Shown piece after piece: positions 9,924 to 19,645 of a DNA stretch of 64,000 bases (its first letter is position 1; every line of letters starts with the position of its first letter). The notes beneath the pieces are model-generated. The model was not told the DNA's origin. It did not search any database and saw only the letters and a list, made by a program, of their open reading frames with translations. The stretch is from Spirochaetia bacterium (lineage in GTDB: Bacteria; Spirochaetota; Spirochaetia; SZUA-6; Bin103): NCBI GenBank assembly GCA_965199955.1, contig CBDATQ010000001.1, positions 1,152,001 to 1,216,000 of the forward strand. The letters are read 5' to 3'. Made by a program: the position numbers and the translations under genes.

Positions 9924-12134
9924 GTGCGTCTTCCCCCAAGAACGCGTCCCGGCGGACTGCGCATTCCGGCGCAGGACGTGCAGGTCGCCCGCGAACGTTC
10001 CGGCACGCCGCGGATCCGCGCGCAGACGCTGGTCGACGGCTACTACGGCCTCGGCTTCATGCACGCGACCGATCGCCTGTTCCAGATATTCGCCACCCGC
10101 GCCCTGGGCGCCGGGCGGCTGGCCGAGGCGTTCGGCGATATCCCCAAGCTCATCGACAGCGACCGGCGCTCGCGGGCGCTCCGCCTGCACCAGGTGTCGG
10201 ACGAGGATCTGGCAGGCTTGGGAGAGCACGCCATGTCGGTCGTTCGCTCGTACTGCGCCGGCCTCAACGACGTCATCGGCAGCGGCCATCGGCCCTTCGA
10301 GCTACGGCTCACCGGCAACCGCGTCGAACCGTTCACGCCCGCGGACCTCCTCTGTTGCCTGAGAGCCATCGCCTACATCGGACTCGACGACGGCCAGGGC
10401 GACATGGAGCTCGCGATCGCGCGGGCGCTGGCTGTCGATCCGGGGAAGCTGCGTGCGTGGAGCCAGTTGTTCGGCCGGCCGGCCAACGGATATCGGCAGG
10501 GGGACTACCGGCGCCTGGTGGTGGACGGCCACGGTGTGGCGAACGGCCACGATGTGGCGGAGGCCGAGGCCGAACGGCCGGGTGGCGAGGGCATTGCGAT
10601 GCCGCCGTCACCGGGCGGCAGCAACGCATGGGCTGTCGCCGGCGGGCTGACGGCATCCGGCAGGCCGCTGCTGTGCAACGACCCGCACCTGGACATCACC
10701 AGCCTGCCGGCGGTCTGGTACGAAGCGGTGATCGAGACGCCGGAGCTCTGGGTCATGGGAGCCACGGTGGCCGGCGGGCCGGTGTTCGCGTCCGGGTGGA
10801 ATCGTAACCTGGCGTGGGGGGTCACCTATGCGCACGCGGACAGCGAAGACCTGTTCGTGGAGGAGTGCCGCGACGGTCGCTTTCTGCGCGGCGGCCGCTG
10901 GCATCCGTTCCCGGTGCGTCAGGAGGAGATCCGCACCCGGTCCGGCCGGTCGGAGCTCGCCGCCTTCCACGAGACCGAGCACGGCGCTCTGGCCGGCAAC
11001 CCGCACACGGCCGGGCGCTATCTGACCCGCCGATGGGCGGGAGAAGCGCCGCTGGCCGGGAGCAGCATGGCCGGAATCATCGCCCTGAACGCCGCCCGCG
11101 ACCTGGACGAGGGGCTGGCCGCGATCGATACGATCCGTCTGCCGGGTCTCCACTGGGTGCTGTCCGACCGGAGCGGCCGCATCGGCCGGCGCATGAACGC
11201 CGCGGTTCCTGTTCGGGGCGGAGGCCTGAGCGGCCTGCTGCCGATGCCGGCATGGCGGGGCGGCGTGGGTTGGGACGGGATGTGGGAGGCCGCCCGGTTT
11301 CCGCCGGAGCGCGATCCTGCGTCGGGCATCCTGGTCGTGGCAAATCAGCCGTTCGACGGCGACGCTTCGGCACAGACCATGACCGCCTCCGCCGACCGCG
11401 CGGACCGGATCCGGCAGATGCTTGAGGCCGGTCACGACGGAACCGGTGGACCGCTGACCGAGCGCGACATGATGAAGATCCAGACCGACGTGTACTCGCT
11501 GCGCGCGGAGCGGATCCTGAGCTTTCTGCGCGACCGCCTGCGCCTGCATCCGCTCGGCCGCCGGCTGCTGTCCTGGGACTGCTGCATGGAGGCCGACAGC
11601 CGCGAGGCGACCTCGTTTTCCGAGTTCGTCCATGGTCTTCTGCTGGCGACGTGCAAGGCCGTGCTGTTCCCGGCCGGGACGTTGGCGGCAGCCGCCGGCG
11701 GCTCGTTCTTCACGTTCAACTTCCGGCTCATCGAGGAAGCGTGGATCGCTGCCCGCCCGCCGTTCGCGGCGGTCGACTGGGACACGATCGTGCCGGCCGT
11801 CCTGGATTGGGTGGGGGCGGAACAGCCGCCTTGGGGAGAGGACCCGATCGTCGTCAACCACGTGCTGCTGGGCGAAACGCCCGTCGGGCGCTTTCTGCGC
11901 GCGGGACCCTTTCTGGCGCGCGGCGACGCCTCGACCGTCCAGCAGGGAAACCGGGTGGGCCGCCGCGCCAAGGCTACGGGTCCATCGTACCGGCTGATCG
12001 TGGACTTCGCCGACGAGATCGCCTTCACGGCGATGCCCGGCGGCGCCAGCGGCCGTCCGTCGTCGAAGTACTACCGCCACGGCGTCGGCGACTGGGCGGC
12101 CGGCCGTTACCGCCTGGTGGGACCGAAGGACTAG
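9924..12134 (+). CDS. Penicillin acylase family Ntn-hydrolase (start uncertain)
   Basis: GLGFMHATDRLFQ, GSNAWAV (catalytic Ser), NDPHL, WYE, GPSYR, PGGASG. Confidence 0.85.
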   Translation: MRLPPRTRPGGLRIPAQDVQVARERSGTPRIRAQTLVDGYYGLGFMHATDRLFQIFATRALGAGRLAEAFGDIPKLIDSDRRSRALRLHQVSDEDLAGLGEHAMSVVRSYCAGLNDVIGSGHRPFELRLTGNRVEPFTPADLLCCLRAIAYIGLDDGQGDMELAIARALAVDPGKLRAWSQLFGRPANGYRQGDYRRLVVDGHGVANGHDVAEAEAERPGGEGIAMPPSPGGSNAWAVAGGLTASGRPLLCNDPHLDITSLPAVWYEAVIETPELWVMGATVAGGPVFASGWNRNLAWGVTYAHADSEDLFVEECRDGRFLRGGRWHPFPVRQEEIRTRSGRSELAAFHETEHGALAGNPHTAGRYLTRRWAGEAPLAGSSMAGIIALNAARDLDEGLAAIDTIRLPGLHWVLSDRSGRIGRRMNAAVPVRGGGLSGLLPMPAWRGGVGWDGMWEAARFPPERDPASGILVVANQPFDGDASAQTMTASADRADRIRQMLEAGHDGTGGPLTERDMMKIQTDVYSLRAERILSFLRDRLRLHPLGRRLLSWDCCMEADSREATSFSEFVHGLLLATCKAVLFPAGTLAAAAGGSFFTFNFRLIEEAWIAARPPFAAVDWDTIVPAVLDWVGAEQPPWGEDPIVVNHVLLGETPVGRFLRAGPFLARGDASTVQQGNRVGRRAKATGPSYRLIVDFADEIAFTAMPGGASGRPSSKYYRHGVGDWAAGRYRLVGPKD

Positions 12135-13279
12135 CGCCCCGAGGTTTCGGCGCCAGAGGCGCTGGAACCTCGGCCCATCCCCTCCGTTGGCTTGGAGCGC
12201 ATCGGTTCCCGATGCGCTCCAAGCCGGGAACGGGTAGTCCCGTCGCCTGCGGCGCCGTATTGGCGCGCCGTCTCACGCGACAGCCCGGCGCGCCGCCGTC
12301 GGTACTCCGGCAGCTCGATCATCGGCGGGCGCTCGATCTCCTCGATCTCGCTCACGAGGTGCTCGTAATCCCGGTCCCGTGACCGGAACTGGTGCAACGC
12401 CGTGCCGAGAACGGGCGTCGCCCCGATCGTTCCGTGCGCGGTCGCCCGCCGCAGGAACGCCTGCAGGATCCGGAACGCCATCTTGCCCAGCGCCTGCGTG
12501 TCCTGGTTGTAGTGCACGCGCCGATCCAGGTCGGTCTGGGCGATCGCGTCGAGCCCGTGCCGGTGGTAGACGTCGATCAGGTGCGAGGTCTCCACGCCGT
12601 AGCCGACCGGGAACGGGAGCTGTTCGAGCACGTCGCGCCGGGCAGCGTACTCGCCGGACAAGGGCTGGATGATCGTGGCCAACTCCGGGAAGAACAGCGA
12701 GAACAGCGGCCGCACCAGAATTTCGGTGACGCGGCCGCCGCCGGTGGGCCGCATTTCCTTCGGCATCGCCACCGGACGGTCGTAGAACGCCTTGACGTAG
12801 CCGATTTCCGGGCGGGCCAGCAGGGGTCCGACCAGGCCGTACACGAAGCGGGGATGGATGTTGCGGATGTCGGCGTCGATGTAGACGATGATGTCGCCCC
12901 GGAGCTGGTAGATCGCCTTCCACAGGTTCTCGCCCTTGCCGCGGTGCCGCGGCAGGTGCGGGAGGATCTCGTCTGCCAGGTAGACGTCGGCGCCGAAGTC
13001 GCGGGCAACCTCCCGGGTGGCGTCCCGGGAGCCGGAGTCGAGCACGGCGATCTCGTCGAGCAGCGGATAGCGCTGCATGAGCTCGGACCGAAAGACGACG
13101 ACCTCCTTGCCGATGGTGAGCTCCTCGTTCAGGGCCGGAATGCACAGCGAGATGGAGGTACCAAGCCGCTCCTTGGCCGCGACCAGCGCGCCCAGGTCAT
13201 CGAAGTCCGAGTGGTGGTAGGTGTTGCGCTGCAGCCAGCCGTCGCCGGTGCCGCCGCCAGTCTCGCGGTCAGTCGACAC
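12131..13279 (-). CDS. gpgS: Glucosyl-3-phosphoglycerate synthase (GT81)
   Basis: PALNEE, DSGS, GKGENLW, DAD, GGGRVTE, QPLSGEYA, GYGVE. Confidence 0.88.
   Translation of the reverse strand: MSTDRETGGGTGDGWLQRNTYHHSDFDDLGALVAAKERLGTSISLCIPALNEELTIGKEVVVFRSELMQRYPLLDEIAVLDSGSRDATREVARDFGADVYLADEILPHLPRHRGKGENLWKAIYQLRGDIIVYIDADIRNIHPRFVYGLVGPLLARPEIGYVKAFYDRPVAMPKEMRPTGGGRVTEILVRPLFSLFFPELATIIQPLSGEYAARRDVLEQLPFPVGYGVETSHLIDVYHRHGLDAIAQTDLDRRVHYNQDTQALGKMAFRILQAFLRRATAHGTIGATPVLGTALHQFRSRDRDYEHLVSEIEEIERPPMIELPEYRRRRAGLSRETARQYGAAGDGTTRSRLGAHREPMRSKPTEGMGRGSSASGAETSGR
12141..12238. repeat. Cluster of palindromes (REP-like or bidirectional terminator) including a perfect 17-bp stem
   Basis: GGCTTGGAGCGCATCGG-TTC-CCGATGCGCTCCAAGCC at 12189-12225; a second wobble hairpin at 12141-12171. 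Confidence 0.7.
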
Positions 13280-14441
13280 AGTAACCCCCGTCGATGGCCA
13301 GCAGGATGCCGAGGAGCTGCGTGAGCCCGGTCGCCATCGGCTCGATGAAGACCGTCTCGTTCGCTTCGCCGGGATGAGCGCTCTCGGTGATGCCGATGGT
13401 GATCGCCGGGAGCCGGCGGTCGATCAACGCCGCCAGCTCGGAGGTGCTCGGCGTCATGCGCGGCGAGAGCCCCAGCCGGCTCATGATCCGCAGCGCGCGG
13501 TCCACCAGGGGATGATCAAGACCGATGCCGCCGGGATGGCACCGGGCGACGAGCTCGAGCTCGACATGCTCGCCGCGCTGGGCGGCGACCTGCTGCGCGA
13601 TCCTGCCGATGGAGTGCAGTAGCGATGCCACGACGTGTCCCGACTCGCTGCGCGCTTCGAATCCGAGCGTCGCCCGCGTCGCCACGGTGTGGGCGGCGGT
13701 GCCGCCCCTTACCTCGCCCAGCACGACGGTGGAACGCGGCCGGCGCGGCATCGGCAGCGCCAGGACGCGGTTGATCACCTCGTTGACCGTGACGATGGCG
13801 CTGGCTTCGCCGAAGCGGGTCCAGTCGTGCTGTTCGGGGATGCGGCAGATCACGTCTCCGCGGATCATGCCGATCGAGGTATGGCTCAGGAGTCCGAGGG
13901 GAGCCCCTTCCACGCACACCGCGGCGCGAATCGGCAGGCGCGGGTTCTCGAGGAAGAAGCGCAACCCGGCCAGGTTGCCGCGGCCGAGCGAGCGGGTCGT
14001 GCCGAGGAGCAGGAGATCGGAATGCAAGGTGAGCCGCAGGCGCTCCAGCAGGTGTGGGAGGGTCGCGAGCGTCGCCAGACCCAGCGAGTCGTCCGCGACC
14101 GACGCACCAACCACCCGGTCGGGTTGCACCTCGGTGACGTGCTCGGTCCCGTGCGGAAACAGGGTGTCCAGGTGAGCTGCCAGCAGGACGACACCGTCGC
14201 CACCGGCACCGGGATGGGTGGCGGCGACGTTGCCCAGATCGTCCTGCACGACGTCGGTCAGGCCGAACTGGCTGAACCGTTCCTGCAGGAATTCCGCCCG
14301 TTGCTGCTCGCCGAACGTGGGCGCCGGGATCTCCGAGATCATGGCCAGCTCCGCAAGCAAGGTGTGGCGGTCTTCGAAGACCTGCTCTCGCAGCGACGGC
14401 AGCCGGCCCAGGATGAGCTCGAACGGGGGTAGGGGAGCCAT
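13269..14441 (-). CDS. M20/M28 metallopeptidase-like protein with altered active site
   Basis: PAPTFGE, GNV, AHLDT, ADDSLG, dimerisation domain. The EE motif is replaced (GTTRSLGRGNL). Confidence 0.8.
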   Translation of the reverse strand: MAPLPPFELILGRLPSLREQVFEDRHTLLAELAMISEIPAPTFGEQQRAEFLQERFSQFGLTDVVQDDLGNVAATHPGAGGDGVVLLAAHLDTLFPHGTEHVTEVQPDRVVGASVADDSLGLATLATLPHLLERLRLTLHSDLLLLGTTRSLGRGNLAGLRFFLENPRLPIRAAVCVEGAPLGLLSHTSIGMIRGDVICRIPEQHDWTRFGEASAIVTVNEVINRVLALPMPRRPRSTVVLGEVRGGTAAHTVATRATLGFEARSESGHVVASLLHSIGRIAQQVAAQRGEHVELELVARCHPGGIGLDHPLVDRALRIMSRLGLSPRMTPSTSELAALIDRRLPAITIGITESAHPGEANETVFIEPMATGLTQLLGILLAIDGGYCVD

Positions 14442-14487
14442 CAGGTCACGATGAAGGTAGCGCGCTGCGTTGCGGCTCCCAAAGCAC

Positions 14488-15984
14488 TCACAGCGGGTCG
14501 AGCAGCAGGCGCTGATACGGCGCGGCGGCGAACCGTGCGGCCACGGAAGCGGCATCCGCCATGCCTTCGCCGCCGGCCGCCGGCTTCCACGACAGCGCTT
14601 CCGCCGCCCGCGCAGCGAACGCGGCCGCGCCGAAGCGCCGCTCCAGCAGGTCGTCAGCGCGGTCCGGGGGGTGCGGTGGATGCACCGCTCGTACCCGCTC
14701 GATCAGGTCGGCGTTGGCCGCACGGTGACGGCGCAGCTCCGTGTCGCACGTGCAGCGAACGGCGACTGCCTGTTGCAGCTCCACGCTGAGGTACGAGTAG
14801 TCGACCAGCGGCCCGCCGGTGCCGGCAGCCACCTGGTCGGCGACCTGGTCCAGAGTCGCCCGCGGGACGTACGGCCGCAGGCGCTTCAGGCGCGCGCGGT
14901 AGCGGCCGCCCAGGTGCAGGCGGTCGGCGCGGGTCAGCGGAAACTGGAGCCGGTCGTAGAGCACCGTCGACCGAGGATGCAGCAGGTCTCGAACCCCGTC
15001 GATCGCGTCGATGTCGCGGGCGATCAGGGGCAGGCCCCACTGGCGGGCATGCAGAAACTGGTAGCCGAAGCCCTCCTCGATGGAGCTGGAGACGACCGCG
15101 CCGGCGCCGGCCGCGAGCGCGCCGAGCGACCGGTCGCGAAAGCGGGGCTGGCCGCCGAATCCGACCCGGCCGGGCAGCGTGCCGTCGCGAAACAGGGCGC
15201 CCGCCTGGCGATGGTAGGAGGCCTCCGCCGCCGAGCTCGCCGGCAGGGTGACTCCCACCGCCGCGCGACCGGCCATCCGCGCCAGCAGTCCTGCCTCCAG
15301 CACGTTCTTGCGCCGGCGGATGCGCACCGGATAGAGCCAGAGGCGGCGGCCGCCCGGCATCAACGGCGCCGTGCTCGCGCTTCCGACTTCGACCGGACTG
15401 GGCGCAACGGGGTTCCACAGCAGGTGCAGGTACCCGTGCGGGATGCCGGCGGCGGCCAGCGCCGTGTGGTCGCGGCGATTGATGACCGCGTAGCGAAGAC
15501 GGGGTCCGAACGGATACAGGTCGGTCCCTACGGCGGCTCGTACCTGTTGGTATCCCTCGATCCTGCCGCACTCCGGGAAGTCGTGGATCTGCAGCAGGAC
15601 GCGCGTATCGCCGCGTGCCGCGCCGCGCAGCAACGCCCGGGTGAACGGGACGTTCTTGCCCACGTGATGGTTGTGGATCCACCAGACCGTATCCGGGCCG
15701 CTGACCGCGGCAAGGCTCCAGTCGTCAGGGTTCGTGGACCCCCGGACGTCGTAGTCCAGGAACGGGTCGACCGTGGCCCGCACCACGGTGTCGGCGCCTG
15801 CGTCCACCGCGGCCGCCTGCAGCGAGCCGCGCAGCGCCTCCACGCCGTCGAGGCGTCCGGCGATGAGACGGATCGAGCGCAGCAGGCCCGGCCGGTGCTC
15901 GAGGATCGCCCGCAGCCCGTCGCGGATGACGCTGGTGACCCCGCCCGGCAGCAGGTGGTAGTGGACGACCGCGAGATCGATCAT
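14488..15984 (-). CDS. GT-B (GT4-like) glycosyltransferase
   Basis: HYHLLPGGVT, HNHHVGKN, IHDFPE, RIRRRKN, SIEEGFG. Confidence 0.75.
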   Translation of the reverse strand: MIDLAVVHYHLLPGGVTSVIRDGLRAILEHRPGLLRSIRLIAGRLDGVEALRGSLQAAAVDAGADTVVRATVDPFLDYDVRGSTNPDDWSLAAVSGPDTVWWIHNHHVGKNVPFTRALLRGAARGDTRVLLQIHDFPECGRIEGYQQVRAAVGTDLYPFGPRLRYAVINRRDHTALAAAGIPHGYLHLLWNPVAPSPVEVGSASTAPLMPGGRRLWLYPVRIRRRKNVLEAGLLARMAGRAAVGVTLPASSAAEASYHRQAGALFRDGTLPGRVGFGGQPRFRDRSLGALAAGAGAVVSSSIEEGFGYQFLHARQWGLPLIARDIDAIDGVRDLLHPRSTVLYDRLQFPLTRADRLHLGGRYRARLKRLRPYVPRATLDQVADQVAAGTGGPLVDYSYLSVELQQAVAVRCTCDTELRRHRAANADLIERVRAVHPPHPPDRADDLLERRFGAAAFAARAAEALSWKPAAGGEGMADAASVAARFAAAPYQRLLLDPL

Positions 15985-16053
15985 TCGGGTTCGATCATTC
16001 GGGTTCGACCGGGAGTCAGGCAGGAGAGCCGTTGCGCGGCGGTGCGGCCGTGC

Positions 16054-16824
16054 TCAGAAGCTGCTGCCCACCGAGCGCGCCTTTTCCGAGTCCTTCTCTT
16101 CCTCGGCGTCCCGCTGCCGGCGCGCCGCATCGACGTACTGCTCCCAGAGGGCGCGGTCGCGGTACACGATGTCCGCATTGCTGGACACCAGGATGTTCTG
16201 GAACACCATGAGATACACGTCGATGTCCGGCGGCTCCCAGATGGAAATGCGCGCCGCCAGGGCAAAGATCTGGCCGAACGGCTGGTATCCCACCTCGTAG
16301 CTGTCGGCGTCCAGCTCCAGGGCGTCGCTGATCGACTCTTCCAGGCCCTCGGATACGGCAAGGTGACTTCCCGCGCCGGAGGTGTTCAGCGTCTTGCGCG
16401 CCATGAAGAGCCGGTAGGAGTCGGGTTGATCGGGCGCGTCGGGGTACCTGAAGAAGTACAGCTCCAGGGCGATCACGTTCTCCCACGTGCGGTGGCTGAC
16501 CCGGTACATGCGCGTCACCGCGGTGTTGAGCTCGTGGACGCCGAGCACGTTCGGATACGCGCCGGCGGTGAAGAAGTCGCGCAGCACCTCGTAGTGGCCG
16601 ATGAACTGCGCCGCGCCTCCGTCGTCGGTATCGATCGTGGCGCCGCTCAGATCTCCCAGGACCTCGCGTGCGGTGGCGCCGAAGGGAATGGTGCTGTAGC
16701 CGTATTCCGGGGGCGGCGCCGCGGCAGAGGACTGAGCGACGGCGGACGGCGTGCCGGCGAGCGTGCACGCCAGGACCACGGCGGCCGTCCGGATTGCCGG
16801 CGGAACGAGCCGTGGTCGGCACAC
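16054..16824 (-). CDS. Hypothetical exported protein
   Basis: Signal-like N-terminus ending AVA-Q, ordinary globular composition, good codon bias. Confidence 0.65.
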   Translation of the reverse strand: MCRPRLVPPAIRTAAVVLACTLAGTPSAVAQSSAAAPPPEYGYSTIPFGATAREVLGDLSGATIDTDDGGAAQFIGHYEVLRDFFTAGAYPNVLGVHELNTAVTRMYRVSHRTWENVIALELYFFRYPDAPDQPDSYRLFMARKTLNTSGAGSHLAVSEGLEESISDALELDADSYEVGYQPFGQIFALAARISIWEPPDIDVYLMVFQNILVSSNADIVYRDRALWEQYVDAARRQRDAEEEKDSEKARSVGSSF

Positions 16825-16830
16825 GGCGCG

Positions 16831-17343
16831 TCAGCCCGCCGTGCCGGAGGTGTCGGGCGTGCGCTCGGCGAGCTTCTGGTCGAATACGAACAGCCCCACT
16901 TCAGAGTCACCGATCCGGTTGATCTGCGTGAGCAGCTCGCTGAACAGCGCTTCCTCTTCCACCTGCTCGGTCACGAACCAGTCCAGGAACACCTGCGTGG
17001 CGCGGTCCTTCTCCGTCATGGCCACCTCCACCAGCGCGTCGATCGCCCCGGACACCTCGGACTCCTCGCGGAACGCGTCCGCGAAGGCCTCGCGCGGCGA
17101 CGCGGCCGGGGCCGGGGGAGCGGGCACCGCGGCCAGCGTGACCGTGCCGCCGCGTGCCAGGATGTAGTCGAAGATCTTCATCGCGTGCACCCGTTCCTCC
17201 TCGGCATGAGTGCGGAACCAGTGCGCCAGTCCCGGCAGGCTCTGGGCGCCGAAGTGGGCGGCGAGGCTCAGGTACGTGTAGGAGGAGGCGAGCTCTGCGT
17301 TGAGCTGGTCGTTCAGGGCAAGGCTCATCTTTTCCATCAGCAT
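16831..17343 (-). CDS. ftnA: Non-heme ferritin
   Basis: LNDQLNAELASSYTY, AEEERVHAMK, FLDWFVTEQVEEE ferroxidase residues. Confidence 0.88.
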   Translation of the reverse strand: MLMEKMSLALNDQLNAELASSYTYLSLAAHFGAQSLPGLAHWFRTHAEEERVHAMKIFDYILARGGTVTLAAVPAPPAPAASPREAFADAFREESEVSGAIDALVEVAMTEKDRATQVFLDWFVTEQVEEEALFSELLTQINRIGDSEVGLFVFDQKLAERTPDTSGTAG

Positions 17344-17406
17344 GCGGAGAAGATACCGTTGATGGCGCCCGCGGGCCATGCTTAGCTTGGACCGGCAGGC
17401 ATACGG

Positions 17407-18378
17407 GTGAGCTATCGCGTCGCGATCATCGACGATCGTTTCGAGGCACACGATCAGGAGCGGGCGGTCCTGGCGCCGATCGCGACCCTGGAGGTCGAGC
17501 GGTCCACCGATCCCGCCGACATCGCCGCCGCCTGCCGCGACGCCGACGCCGTGATCGTCAACCTGGAGCCGGTACCGCGGTGGATCATCGAGGGGATGCG
17601 GCGCTGCAAGATCATCTGCCGCTACGGCGTCGGCTACGACAACGTCGACATCGACGCGGCCACCGAGTGCGGCATCTGGGTCGCGCGGGTGCCGGATTAC
17701 GGCATCGAGGACGTGTCCGACCACGCGCTGGCCCTGTTCCTGGCCTGCGTCCGCAAGATCCCGTACACCGACCGGGGCATCCGCGACGGCGGCTGGGGGT
17801 TTCCGAGGAACCGCCCGTCCTACCGTATCCGCGGCAAGACCTTCGGCCTGCTGGGCTACGGGGCGATCGCGCGCGCGGTGCACCGCAAGCTGTCCGGACT
17901 GGGGCTGGCGCGCGTGCTGGCGCACGATCCGTACGTGGACGCTGCCGAAATCAGGGCTGCCGGCGCCGAGCCGGCGGGAGTCGACGAGCTGCTGGCCGCG
18001 TCGGACTACGTATCGATCCACACGCCGCTGACGGCCGGGACGCGCGGCATGCTCGACCAGGCGCGGCTCGCGGCGATGAAGCCGACGGCGATCATCGTCA
18101 ACACCGCGCGCGGCGGGATCATCGACGAGCCCGCGCTGGCCGCCGCGTTGCGCGCCGGCCGCCTGGGCTACGCCGCGCTCGACGTGTTCGAAACGGAGCC
18201 GCTGGCGGCCGACAGTCCGCTGCGCGATCTGGACACCGTGATCCTGACCGACCACCACGCCTACTACACGGAGGAGTCGGTGGTCGAATTGAAGACCAAG
18301 GTGGCAGAGCGCGTGCGCACCGCCCTGGAGGGCGGGGTACCCGAGGCGGCGATCAACGATCCGCGCAAGCCGGCCTGA
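17407..18378 (+). CDS. D-isomer 2-hydroxyacid dehydrogenase (CtBP-like)
   Basis: RYGVGYDNVD, VPDY, GYGAIA, VNTARGG, LDVFE. Confidence 0.9.
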   Translation: MSYRVAIIDDRFEAHDQERAVLAPIATLEVERSTDPADIAAACRDADAVIVNLEPVPRWIIEGMRRCKIICRYGVGYDNVDIDAATECGIWVARVPDYGIEDVSDHALALFLACVRKIPYTDRGIRDGGWGFPRNRPSYRIRGKTFGLLGYGAIARAVHRKLSGLGLARVLAHDPYVDAAEIRAAGAEPAGVDELLAASDYVSIHTPLTAGTRGMLDQARLAAMKPTAIIVNTARGGIIDEPALAAALRAGRLGYAALDVFETEPLAADSPLRDLDTVILTDHHAYYTEESVVELKTKVAERVRTALEGGVPEAAINDPRKPA

Positions 18379-18399
18379 CCGCCGCCTGCCGAACGGCCG

Positions 18400-19476
18400 T
18401 CAGCGCGGCGTGAGGTCCACGGCCTGCGCCTGCGCCTGCAGGGACAGCTCGGCGGCCAGGAACGCATGCTCCTGGGTCATCGCGTTCTCGGTCCGTTCCA
18501 GGCAGTCCAGAATCAGGTCGCCGAAGAACGGAAAGCCGCTGGCGCCCACTTCCACGGAGCGCTCGCCCTTGCCGTCCACCAGGTTCAGCACCGGCCCCTC
18601 GCCGCGCGCCACGTCCACGTGCGCGCGCGCCTCCAGGTATCCCTCGGTGCCCATCACGAAGGTGCGGGAGTCGCCCCAGGAGCGCAGGCCGTCGGGGGTG
18701 AACCAGTCGACGCGGAAGTAGCAGGTGGCGCCGTCGACGGCCATGGTGGTCTGGCCGAAGTCCTCCAGCTCGGGATATTCCGGGTTTCCGTAGTTGGCCA
18801 CGGAGCTCGACAACACGCGCGCTCCGGCAGAGCCTGCGAAGCTCAGGAACTTCTCGGCCTGGTGTGAGCCCAGGTCGGCGATGATCCCGCCGTACTGCTC
18901 CTTGCGAAAGAACCAGTCGGGCCGCTTGTGCGCCTCCAGCCGGTGCGGGCCGAAGCTGTCGAGGTGCACGACGCGGCCGATAGCGCCGTCGTCGATGAGT
19001 TGGCCGGCGCGGATGACCGCCTCGTTGTGGAGCCGTTCCCCGTAGTAGACCATGAACTTGCGGCCGGTTTCGGCGGCCGCCGCGCGGGCCGACTCCAGTT
19101 GTCCGAGCGTCGTGAATGGGCACTTGTCGGTGAAGTAGTCCTTGCCTGAGCGCATCACCCGCTCGCCGACCGGACCGCGGTCGCACGGCACCGCGGCGGC
19201 GGCCACCAGCTTGACCTCCGGGTCGTCGAGCACCTCCTGCTCGCTGGCGGCGACGCGCGCATCCGGGAAGTCCTCCCGGAGCAGCGCCAGTTTGTCCGGA
19301 TCGCGGTCGTGGATGACCCGCACCTCGGCGCCGGCGCCGACCAGGGCCGCGCACATCGAGTGCAGGTGGCCGTGGGCCCTGTGGATGGCGGCGATCGGGA
19401 ATTCGCCGGGCTCGACCACGCGCCGGTACTCGCCCTCGGGCCGGTGGTCCATGCCGCTCGCTTTCGTTGATGCCAT
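18400..19476 (-). CDS. Gfo/Idh/MocA oxidoreductase
   Basis: AAGGAG SD, HGH, DK, IGRVV, GPHR, GGIIADLGSHQ. Confidence 0.85.
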   Translation of the reverse strand: MASTKASGMDHRPEGEYRRVVEPGEFPIAAIHRAHGHLHSMCAALVGAGAEVRVIHDRDPDKLALLREDFPDARVAASEQEVLDDPEVKLVAAAAVPCDRGPVGERVMRSGKDYFTDKCPFTTLGQLESARAAAAETGRKFMVYYGERLHNEAVIRAGQLIDDGAIGRVVHLDSFGPHRLEAHKRPDWFFRKEQYGGIIADLGSHQAEKFLSFAGSAGARVLSSSVANYGNPEYPELEDFGQTTMAVDGATCYFRVDWFTPDGLRSWGDSRTFVMGTEGYLEARAHVDVARGEGPVLNLVDGKGERSVEVGASGFPFFGDLILDCLERTENAMTQEHAFLAAELSLQAQAQAVDLTPR

Positions 19477-19645
19477 CGTCGTCTCCTTCGCGGGTCGCTG
19501 TCGCGGCGGCATCGCCCCGGAATCGTCGCCTTCAGCTCCGGGTCCGGCCCATCCCCGCCCCAGCCACAAGTCTGTCGGACCGGCGCTTGCGCGGCAAGTC
19601 CGACAGGCTCATGGCGACGTGTGTGCTGGGCTACCATGGGTGGCG

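Noticed and set aside
14470..17385. 971-aa plus-strand ORF
   Set aside because: Antisense shadow of the GT, hypothetical and ferritin genes. It is R/A/G-rich with no motifs, as expected in high-GC DNA.
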